A DNA stretch of 64,000 bases from an uncultured Chitinophagaceae bacterium (GTDB lineage Bacteria; Bacteroidota; Bacteroidia; Chitinophagales; Chitinophagaceae), in NCBI GenBank assembly GCA_903895845.1, contig CAITVK010000050.1, forward strand, positions 4,171 through 68,170, read 5' to 3'. Below are positions 46,380 through 54,583 of this stretch, piece after piece. Below the pieces are notes generated by a model. That model was not told the DNA's origin and searched no databases. It saw only the letters and a list, made by a program, of their open reading frames with translations. Made by a program: the position numbers and the translations under genes. Each line of letters opens with the position of its first letter. Position 1 is the first letter of the stretch.

Positions 46380-46631
46380 AATAAATAAAATAAACAGACC
46401 TGTTTAAAGAATAAACACATGAATAAATAAAATAAACAGACCTGTTTAAAGTATAAACAGATGAATAAATAAAATAAACACATCTGTTTAAAGAATAAAC
46501 ACATGAATAAATAAAATAAACACATCTGTTTAAAGAATAAACACATGAATAAATAAAATAAACGCATCTGTTTAAAGAATAAACACATGAATAAATAAAA
46601 TAAAAAGACCTGTTTAAAGGATAAACAGAGT
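46380..46631. repeat. 21-bp tandem array E: 12 units (6 x 42 bp), aataaataaaataaacagacc|tgtttaaagaataaacacatg
   Basis: ATAAACA starts at 46390, 46411, 46432, 46453, 46474, 46495, 46516, 46537, 46558, 46579, 46600 and 46621, all 21 bp apart. The dyad AAACAG-ac-CTGTTT / AAACAC-at-CTGTTT recurs every 42 bp. Confidence 0.9.
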
Positions 46632-46784
46632 AAATAATTCATAAAATATAGCTTGTTCATGGCGATGGCAGATGCATAATCTGATCCAAATGGCTACTTA
46701 TTTGCCCTACATGAACGGTTTTTTAATTCACAGTCATAGCGGCTTGCCATCAAGTTTTTTTTATTAACCGCAAAATGAAACATT

Positions 46785-48395
46785 ATGGAAATTACAAGTA
46801 AAGTTGATGCAGTTTTAAAAGGATTGAAACGCATCGGGGTAAAAAATGAAGGTATTAATTATCAACTTGGGCCAGATGAATTGGTTGAACAAACGCTTTT
46901 GAGAGGCGAAGGTGTATTGAATGACACCGGTGCCTTGTGCATCAACACGGGTACATTTACAGGAAGAAGCCCGAAAGACAAGTTTATTGTGAAAGATGAA
47001 AGAACCGAAAAAACGGTGGATTGGGGTGGCTTCAACATTCCTATTGATGAACACCATTTCATTAAACTGAAAAATAAACTATTGACTTTTCTTAGTCACA
47101 AAGAAACTGTTTGGGTACGTGATGCCTATGCTTGTGCCGATACAAAGCACAAATTAAACATCAGGGTCATCAACGAAGATCCTTGGAGCAACCTGTTTTG
47201 CTACAATATGTTTCTTCGCCCGAAGGAAGAAGAACTAGTGGATTTTGTACCTGATTGGCATATCATACAAGCACCTTCTTTTTTGGCTGACCCTGCAATA
47301 GACGGTACGCGACAAAATAATTTTTCTATCGTATCCTTTACCCATAAAATAATCTTGATAGGTGGCACTGGATATACAGGCGAAATGAAGAAAGGGATAT
47401 TTACCATTCTTAATTATATCCTTCCTTACGAAAAGCATATCCTAAGTATGCACTGTAGTGCAAACATTGGCAATGATGGGGATGTTGCTGTTTTCTTTGG
47501 ATTGAGCGGAACAGGAAAAACAACTTTAAGTGCAGACCCCGAACGCAAACTAATTGGCGATGACGAGCATGGCTGGACAGATAACTCTGTTTTTAATTTC
47601 GAAGGAGGCTGTTATGCAAAGTGTATTGATTTGAGTGAGGAGAAAGAGCCGGAGATATTTAATGCCATCAGATTGGGGGCTTTGGTAGAAAATGTTGTTT
47701 TTAAAGAAGGGACGTCAACCATTGATTTTGCAAATAAATCAATCACCGAAAATACAAGGGTGAGCTATCCGCTCAGTTATATCAGCAATGCTGCCGAGCC
47801 GAGTATTGGTGGATTGCCAAAGAATATTTTCTTCTTGACCTGTGATGCGTATGGTGTTTTGCCACCCATCAGTAAACTGTCTCCCGAGCAAGCAATGTAT
47901 CAGTTCATCAGTGGATATACGGCTAAAGTAGCGGGTACAGAAGCAGGGGTGACGGAACCAAAAGCTACATTCAGTACTTGTTTTGGTGCACCATTCCTTC
48001 CGTTACATCCTGGATTTTATGCCGAAATGCTGGGCAAAAAGATAAGGGAACATCAAGTGAATGTATGGATGATTAATACCGGATGGAGCGGTGGAGGTTA
48101 CGGTGTGGGCAAACGAATGAAGCTACCGTATACCCGTGCAATGATTACTGCTGCACTAAATGGCGAATTGGAAGGACTAGAGTATCAGGCGCATCCCGTA
48201 TTTGGAATGGAAGTACCTACTACATGCCCCAATGTGCCATCAGAAATATTGGATGCCAGGAGCACATGGGCAGATAAAGCAGCTTATGATGCTGTTGCAG
48301 CCGATCTGGCATCGCAGTTCATCCATAATTTTGAGAAATATGCGGCAGGAGTGAGTGCAGAGATTATAGCAGCTGCACCAAAAGTGTTATCATAG
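46785..48395 (+). CDS. pckA: Phosphoenolpyruvate carboxykinase (ATP)
   Basis: 536-aa ORF with FFGLSGTGKTTLS (kinase-1a), GDDEHGW and NTGWSGG motifs. Confidence 0.95.
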   Translation: MEITSKVDAVLKGLKRIGVKNEGINYQLGPDELVEQTLLRGEGVLNDTGALCINTGTFTGRSPKDKFIVKDERTEKTVDWGGFNIPIDEHHFIKLKNKLLTFLSHKETVWVRDAYACADTKHKLNIRVINEDPWSNLFCYNMFLRPKEEELVDFVPDWHIIQAPSFLADPAIDGTRQNNFSIVSFTHKIILIGGTGYTGEMKKGIFTILNYILPYEKHILSMHCSANIGNDGDVAVFFGLSGTGKTTLSADPERKLIGDDEHGWTDNSVFNFEGGCYAKCIDLSEEKEPEIFNAIRLGALVENVVFKEGTSTIDFANKSITENTRVSYPLSYISNAAEPSIGGLPKNIFFLTCDAYGVLPPISKLSPEQAMYQFISGYTAKVAGTEAGVTEPKATFSTCFGAPFLPLHPGFYAEMLGKKIREHQVNVWMINTGWSGGGYGVGKRMKLPYTRAMITAALNGELEGLEYQAHPVFGMEVPTTCPNVPSEILDARSTWADKAAYDAVAADLASQFIHNFEKYAAGVSAEIIAAAPKVLS

Positions 48396-48512
48396 AAGGG
48401 GGGATAAATAATATCCGTCCACAAAAAATAAGAAGGGAAGAAGTTAAGGGAAATAGGTTTCCTTTGGCTTCTTCTCCTCTTCGTTTTAATTAGTAGTCAA
48501 TTTTTGAATGAT

Positions 48513-49742
48513 ATGAAGTCGATTGCATCGGGTTTAATTTTTAGTTTATGTCTGCTGATTATGATAATTTCTTGTACTCCCACAACGGTCAATAATCCAG
48601 CAGTAAATAGTGGGCCGTTTACAGTCACCGTTAATAATGGCTACGGAAGTGCCACTTATAATACAGGGGATACTGTACACATCTGGAGCAGGGAATGTTC
48701 TAACAGCGAAACTTTTACGCAGTGGACTGGCGATACTTCTGTTTTTGCAGGAAAAAATGAGTGGCATACCTGGTTTATCATGCCTGCTCACAATGTTAAT
48801 GTGACTGCATTATTTCAATCAGTCAATTATGCCATGAAATATGAAAAGATAAGAGGAAGAGACATTCTTAAAAATGTTTATTACAACCTTTCGCCCAACA
48901 ATAAGGGTATTGTCTATTTGTTTCATGGGGCTGGTGGTTCAGCAAGCTATTGGGTGGATAATTATGAACCTGTGGCCATGATAAAAGATTTGATAGCAAA
49001 TGGTTTTGGTGTGATTGCTACCGAAGCAGAGGAAGTGTCGTTACAAACCGGAGGTAGTACACCTAGATGGAACACCACTACACTTGACAGTAATACCAAT
49101 GCAGATTTTGCCAACCTCATTGCAATCACAGATACCTTTTGCAACAGAGGGCTTACCAATCATAGTCTTCCCAGATATACAATTGGACAAAGCAATGGTG
49201 GTAGTGCTTCTATAGCTGTATCTTCTTATTTTGGTTTCAAGGCAGGTGTAGCCTATTGTGCAGCAGGTGGTGCTGCGGGTTCTGCTTTGTCTGCTACCAA
49301 TACACCTATATTTTTTTGTTTAGAACAATTGGATAACAATAGTCTGATGGGGCAAGCTGGTGATGCAAACGCCATTGCCAATTCGGGAACACTGAAAAGT
49401 AAAGGCATCTGTAGTGCCTATTTTACAAATATTCCATCCCCATTGTATCCCGAAAGGTTTGCAAGAAATAATGTAATCAGTGTGGCTTTATCCCAACAAA
49501 TATTTGCCGAGATAAAGGCAAACAACCTACTCGATTCCAAGAATCATTTTCCCGGATACTATACACGATTGACTACTGCCATAAAAGCAAACCCACAAGG
49601 GTTCCCGGTAACAGCAGCCCTTAATTCTGCCCAGCAAAATGTTGTGTATGAGCAATTAAACTGTGTGACAACTGCGCACCAGTTTTTTAGTGATCATGAT
49701 ATCAATACCATCAAATTTTTAAATAACCCTTGTTCTTTTTAA
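48513..49742 (+). CDS. Lipoprotein with an N-terminal beta-sandwich and an alpha/beta-hydrolase-like domain
   Basis: The ORF opens at TTG 48504; the first ATG is at 48513. It has a lipobox-like IISC, LFHGAGGSASYW and a GQSNGG elbow. Confidence 0.6.
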   Translation: MKSIASGLIFSLCLLIMIISCTPTTVNNPAVNSGPFTVTVNNGYGSATYNTGDTVHIWSRECSNSETFTQWTGDTSVFAGKNEWHTWFIMPAHNVNVTALFQSVNYAMKYEKIRGRDILKNVYYNLSPNNKGIVYLFHGAGGSASYWVDNYEPVAMIKDLIANGFGVIATEAEEVSLQTGGSTPRWNTTTLDSNTNADFANLIAITDTFCNRGLTNHSLPRYTIGQSNGGSASIAVSSYFGFKAGVAYCAAGGAAGSALSATNTPIFFCLEQLDNNSLMGQAGDANAIANSGTLKSKGICSAYFTNIPSPLYPERFARNNVISVALSQQIFAEIKANNLLDSKNHFPGYYTRLTTAIKANPQGFPVTAALNSAQQNVVYEQLNCVTTAHQFFSDHDINTIKFLNNPCSF

Positions 49743-49773
49743 GGGATAAGTTATCTATTTTTTAAGTTTAATG

Positions 49774-49825
49774 CACATCCGTTTGGCAGAAAGTCATTTC
49801 TATCAAACGGATGTGTTTTTTTTTT
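49774..49825 (+). terminator. Rho-independent terminator
   Basis: cacatccgtttg ... caaacggatgtg (12-bp stem) followed by T10. Confidence 0.75.
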
Positions 49826-50065
49826 AGAGTAATAGAGGGATGTAAAACCATTTTTTTTAATAATAAAAACCCAATTCGGGTAAAGCTACCCAACAGATCC
49901 TACTAATTTATATCTGACAAAAAGCCTTCTGGATAATTCACCGATTATTTACTTCAACCACTAAGGGCATTCAACCAAAAGATTGTCACAGCTACAGTTG
50001 CTTGTCTTTTTTGAAGACATATTAACTAGTTTAATAAAACAATCACGCTCAAACAATTTGCTACC

Positions 50066-51757
50066 ATGAAAAATGCTACACTTCTTCCAACAAAGCTCCT
50101 GAAAAATGCCTTAACGTTTTTAGTAGTTCTCACAATCGGAATAATCCCTGTTGTTACAAGGGCACAGTTTGCTTATTCGCCTGCTAGTGGCATTGCCTAT
50201 CACAGTAAGGCGCAATATTCTGTTGCTCCTACAGGTAGTACTGGCCCCTTCTCGTTGGTGGGTGCACCTGCGGGCATTACCATTAATGCAACTACTGGTC
50301 AAATCAGTTGGGATGCTACTGTTGCAGTTGGGCATTATAATCTAACAGTAACTGATGGTACAAATACTGCTTCTTATGCTTTAAATGTTATTCCTGATCC
50401 CAATAGTTACTTTACTGTAAAGTATTCTGCAAGTGCTGCAACGACAGTTCAGTATGGAGCATCTACAAAATACAACAATGTGGATGTTTATTTGCCTTCT
50501 GGCGATACCAATACACAACGACCTGTTCTGATGTTCTTACATGGTGGCGGCTTTCAAAGTACGGGCACCAAAACAGAGTCTTATGTAGTTAGCTTTTGTA
50601 AATACTTTGCAACGCTAGGTTTTGTTTGCTTTGCCCCTAACTATAATGAAGGTGCAGGACACACTGCTGCTCAAAATCTTGCAGCATTAAAAGATGCGGA
50701 TTCTTGTTTAAACTGGATCAGGAATCCGGCAACCGCTGCGAAGTATAAGTATGACCCCGAGATGCTGTACTTTGGCGGTGGTTCGTCAGGTGCACACCTC
50801 TCTTGTAACTTTGCTTTTGCCGATGGCAACTCTTGGTACAATGGCTTTACGCCAAACATAAAAAATGTGATAGCTTTTGCCGATTGTTGGGGCTCTTCTC
50901 CTGTGATGTCTTCTTCTGGTGCAGGAGATAGACTGTATAATTTCTCTAGTTTAAATGCAAACTCCCTTCCTGCTTATATGGTTCAAGGCTCCGCCGACCA
51001 GACAGTACCTGTAAGCAACGGTATTCAATTAGATGCCGCCCTCACAGCAGTGGGTGCGACACACGACTGGTGGGAAATTCCTGGTGAAACACATGGTTGT
51101 CCAGGTCATATCCCACAAATAAGTGATTCCATGAAGACTTTCTTTCAAAAAATTTGGAAAATAAAATATCCTCAAACAATCAATGCAGTCGTTACGCCTG
51201 TAAAATTATCTTCTTTTGATGCCGCTTTAGTGGGCAATAAAGTAACAATTGCCTGGACAACTGCTACCGAACTTAACACCAGTCATTTTGAAGTTGAACG
51301 GAGCATTGATGGCAAAAACTTTGCTAAAAGTGGGGTTATCAATGCTGTTGGCAATGCTACTTTGGCGCAGCATTACACCTATTCCGATAACGTGAGTGCA
51401 TTGACCGGTACAGTTTACTATCGTTTGAAATCGGTAGACAGAAACGGTTCTTTCTCTTACTCTAGTGTAAAGGCTGTTGAACTGAAACTTACCAAAAGCT
51501 CCGTTACCAACGTATATCCTAACCCTTTACGGGCGGGACAAGATTTAATGGTTACCTACAACTCCTTAAAGGGAGATAAAGCAACCTTCCAGATTTCAAA
51601 TAGCATTGGGCAGAAAGTTGTCAATTCAACCCTTCCGGTAAATGCAGGAAGCAATACTCTTTCATTGGCAGTTGGGCATCTGTCTGCAGGCGTTTATTAC
51701 TTAACTGTACTCGAAAACAATCAATCGGTACAAAGAATGCCTTTGGTTATTAAATAA
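50066..51757 (+). CDS. Secreted carboxylesterase/lipase-like alpha/beta hydrolase with a T9SS C-terminal sorting domain
   Basis: 563-aa ORF with LMFLHGGGF and GGGSSGAH. The C-terminal module ...YPNPLRAGQDLMV...GVYYLTVLENNQSVQRMPLVIK is typical of type A T9SS CTDs. Confidence 0.75.
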   Translation: MKNATLLPTKLLKNALTFLVVLTIGIIPVVTRAQFAYSPASGIAYHSKAQYSVAPTGSTGPFSLVGAPAGITINATTGQISWDATVAVGHYNLTVTDGTNTASYALNVIPDPNSYFTVKYSASAATTVQYGASTKYNNVDVYLPSGDTNTQRPVLMFLHGGGFQSTGTKTESYVVSFCKYFATLGFVCFAPNYNEGAGHTAAQNLAALKDADSCLNWIRNPATAAKYKYDPEMLYFGGGSSGAHLSCNFAFADGNSWYNGFTPNIKNVIAFADCWGSSPVMSSSGAGDRLYNFSSLNANSLPAYMVQGSADQTVPVSNGIQLDAALTAVGATHDWWEIPGETHGCPGHIPQISDSMKTFFQKIWKIKYPQTINAVVTPVKLSSFDAALVGNKVTIAWTTATELNTSHFEVERSIDGKNFAKSGVINAVGNATLAQHYTYSDNVSALTGTVYYRLKSVDRNGSFSYSSVKAVELKLTKSSVTNVYPNPLRAGQDLMVTYNSLKGDKATFQISNSIGQKVVNSTLPVNAGSNTLSLAVGHLSAGVYYLTVLENNQSVQRMPLVIK

Positions 51758-51874
51758 TTCATTCATAAAATAATTACAATGCCTGACAGTAGATGATTAT
51801 GATTACTGTTGGGCATTGTGATACTTAAACACTAAAACTTTTCTCTAACTTTTTTAAACAAAAATTGCTCTATT

Positions 51875-52978
51875 ATGAAAAAATTGTTATGCTCAGTTGT
51901 TCTAGGTTGTTCCTGTCTTGGTTTGGCAAATGCACAGACCGCAAAAGACACTTCTCTTCAGGTTTCTGGTTCTGGTGATGTTTATTATCGTTATGATCTT
52001 GCTCAAAGTAAGACAACAATCCCTAGTCAGGATGCTTTGGGAACCAAACAAAACTCTATCGACTTTGGTATGCTCGATTTGCGTGTGAAAAAAGACTTTG
52101 GCAAAGCTTCTGTCTTTTCGGAGCTTGCTTTTGGTGCGCGTGCGGCCTCTACCATCGACAATAATGGCTCTTCTCCATTGTCTTATTACCTTCAGAATCT
52201 TTATTTTTCTTATCAAGTAGATAAAAAATTAGCCCTTTCTGCTGGTATCATGTATCGTTACGATATGTACGAAAAGTTAACTCCGGCTGACAACTTTAGT
52301 TATCTGGCTTCGAATGCTTTTCTGGAGTCTAGGAAGATTCCTACCAGAAGTGTGGGCATAAAAGCAAATTACGCTTTCTCTGATATGGTTACATTGTCTC
52401 TTGGCTTATTCAATTCTATTGATGCTACCAATCTTAACAGTGCCGATGCCGTGGCTAGTAATCCCAATTATGGACTGTCTGATGTAGTGGCTCAGCTATT
52501 TGTGAACCCCACCAAAGACCTGAACCTGAGTGCAGCCGTTTGGAAAGAAGGGCAAAGCAATAAGGGCACGCACGAAAACCTGCAAGTGCATTATCATGTG
52601 GCAAAGGGTTTGAAACTGGGACTAGATTTTAATAATTACACAGGAAGTGACAGTACTACACAAGCTGCCAATGCCTTTAATAATTTTACCAGTGTGGCTT
52701 TATATGCACAAAAATCATTCACAAAAATGTTCTCTTTGGGTGCACGAATTGAGCATGAACAAACCCAACAAAATACCATTACAAAATCTTTTGTGAATGA
52801 AAATTACAACATCATCACCCTCACAGGTAAGGAAAAGTTAGGCGGCATCTCTTTGAAAGAAGAAATAAAATATGATATGACAGATAATAGCAATCTCAAC
52901 ACACCTTATCTAGACAAAAACGGTGCTGCTACCAACAAAGACATTCAGTTTGTTTTGGCAGCCATCTTCTCTTTCTAG
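51875..52978 (+). CDS. Outer-membrane beta-barrel porin (OmpL/bbp2-like)
   Basis: 367-aa ORF with a signal peptide and a terminal ...AAIFSF. It is a paralogue of the next gene. Confidence 0.65.
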   Translation: MKKLLCSVVLGCSCLGLANAQTAKDTSLQVSGSGDVYYRYDLAQSKTTIPSQDALGTKQNSIDFGMLDLRVKKDFGKASVFSELAFGARAASTIDNNGSSPLSYYLQNLYFSYQVDKKLALSAGIMYRYDMYEKLTPADNFSYLASNAFLESRKIPTRSVGIKANYAFSDMVTLSLGLFNSIDATNLNSADAVASNPNYGLSDVVAQLFVNPTKDLNLSAAVWKEGQSNKGTHENLQVHYHVAKGLKLGLDFNNYTGSDSTTQAANAFNNFTSVALYAQKSFTKMFSLGARIEHEQTQQNTITKSFVNENYNIITLTGKEKLGGISLKEEIKYDMTDNSNLNTPYLDKNGAATNKDIQFVLAAIFSF

Positions 52979-53029
52979 TAATTGTTGGTTGGTTCTATCT
53001 ATTTTTTCTTCAAGTAATAAATGTTTTTT

Positions 53030-54118
53030 ATGAAAAAAAGTCTGTCGTTTATATTCCTATCTGTTGTTTTTGTGGGTGCGCTGAATGCCCAGAAGCATCA
53101 TAAAGATTCATCTACACTCAAGATATCCGGCTCTGCCGATATTTATTATAAGTACGACTTTGCACAAAGTCAAACCAATATCCCTTCGCAAGATATTCTG
53201 GGTACTAAACAAAATTCTTTGGATTTTGGTGTATTCGACCTCAAGATTCAGAAGGGTTATGGCAAGGCTACCTTTTTTACCGATCTGGCTTTTGGCCCTC
53301 GTCCAGACGTGAAGCCTGTGGATCCTCAAAATTCTTATCACCTGCAAAACCTATACATTTCTTATCAGCTAAACAAAAAACTATCTTTTGCTGCTGGAGC
53401 AATGTATAAGTATCAAAGTTTTGAGAAGATAACCCCCGTTGATAATTTTAACTATTCCATGTCTAAATCTTGGGAGCAAAACTTCCTCACCAACCCAAGG
53501 GCAGCTGGCGTGAAAGCTACTTACATCTTTTCGGATAAAGTGAGCCTTACCGCTGGCTTTTACAACACCATAGACCCCAAGGCACCGGCAGACAATGTAT
53601 CGTCTACCCCCTCTTATGGCGTGTCGGACTTTGTTACACAATTATTTGTGAATCCGACAAAGGATTTGCAATTGAGTGCTGCTTACTGGCGTGAAGCCCA
53701 AACTGTAAACGGGTCGCATACCAATTTTCAAGCACGTTATCAGTTAAATAAAAGATTGAAACTCGGCTTGGATTTCACTAGGTACAAAGCAGATACATTG
53801 GCAGCGGTAAACTCGTACACAAGTGCGGTATTGTATGCGCAAGAAAAGTTGAACAACGTATTTACAATCGGTGGAAGATATGAGTACATGGACAAGACCG
53901 AAGCTCCAAATGGCATCAATACGTTTACTTATCTGCCAGGTTATTATAGTATTCTTACGCTGACGCTGAACGAAAAGCTGGGGCCAATTGCTTTGAAAGA
54001 AGAAGTGAAGTTTGATCAAACAAATAAGGGCAACCTGAATACAGTTTATCTGGATAAGGATGCAAAGCCTACGGACAAGGCCACGCAGTTGGTGATTGCA
54101 GCAGTATTTTCTTTCTAG
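53030..54118 (+). CDS. Outer-membrane beta-barrel porin, tandem paralogue
   Basis: The ORF opens at ATG 53021; MKKSLSFIF at 53030 gives a cleaner signal peptide. It is collinear with 51875-52978 (SGSGDVYYRYDLAQSKTTIPSQDALGTKQNSIDFG / SGSADIYYKYDFAQSQTNIPSQDILGTKQNSLDFG) and ends ...AAVFSF. Confidence 0.65.
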   Translation: MKKSLSFIFLSVVFVGALNAQKHHKDSSTLKISGSADIYYKYDFAQSQTNIPSQDILGTKQNSLDFGVFDLKIQKGYGKATFFTDLAFGPRPDVKPVDPQNSYHLQNLYISYQLNKKLSFAAGAMYKYQSFEKITPVDNFNYSMSKSWEQNFLTNPRAAGVKATYIFSDKVSLTAGFYNTIDPKAPADNVSSTPSYGVSDFVTQLFVNPTKDLQLSAAYWREAQTVNGSHTNFQARYQLNKRLKLGLDFTRYKADTLAAVNSYTSAVLYAQEKLNNVFTIGGRYEYMDKTEAPNGINTFTYLPGYYSILTLTLNEKLGPIALKEEVKFDQTNKGNLNTVYLDKDAKPTDKATQLVIAAVFSF

Positions 54119-54158
54119 CTAAAAAGAAAAGGGTAAGCTTAAAATACAAGTGTTCTTT

Positions 54159-54326
54159 GTTTGTGGTGTTAACACCAAACTTTGTGGTGTCAGCACCAAT
54201 GTTTAGGGTGCTAGCACCATGCTTTGTGGTGTTAACACCAAACTTTAGGGTGATAACACCAAACTTTAGGGTGCTAACACCAAATCTTATGGTGTTGACA
54301 CCAATGTTTGTGGTGCTAACACCATA
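54159..54326. repeat. 21-bp tandem array F: 8 units, TTTrkGGTGyTArCACCAAay
   Basis: GGTG starts at 54164, 54185, 54206, 54227, 54248, 54269, 54290 and 54311, all 21 bp apart. Each unit holds a 12-bp dyad (GGTGTTAACACC is perfect in units 1 and 4). Confidence 0.9.
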
Positions 54327-54484
54327 GCCAATATTCAAGTGGAAGAATGACTGATTTGAGCAGGCTAATCTTTAAATCGTTTTCGTAGAAATATGATTGG
54401 CTGGGCAACACTTGTGGGGCAGTCTGAACCAAAGGGAAAAAACTTTAGTTTTTGTTGTTACAAAGGGACATTGATTTAGCACTT

Positions 54485-54504
54485 GTTCCGAAAGGTTTCG
54501 GAAC
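54485..54504. promoter_or_regulatory. 9-2-9 perfect inverted repeat GTTCCGAAA-gg-TTTCGGAAC
   Basis: Read directly. It lies 80 nt upstream of ATG 54584 and uses the same TTCCGAA/TTCGGAA word as the 40475-40566 cluster. Confidence 0.4.
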
Positions 54505-54583
54505 ATACAATAACTAACTTAAAAGGCTATATTCGGCTCGTAAATTTTTAATAACAACACACTTTAACAACAAAAAAACAACA

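Noticed and set aside
2611-54326. Whether the 21-bp arrays could be CRISPR arrays
   Set aside because: The units are contiguous, with no unique spacers. A 21-bp unit is shorter than any CRISPR repeat-plus-spacer period. The variable parts themselves recur in 42/63-bp higher order. No cas genes are in the window.
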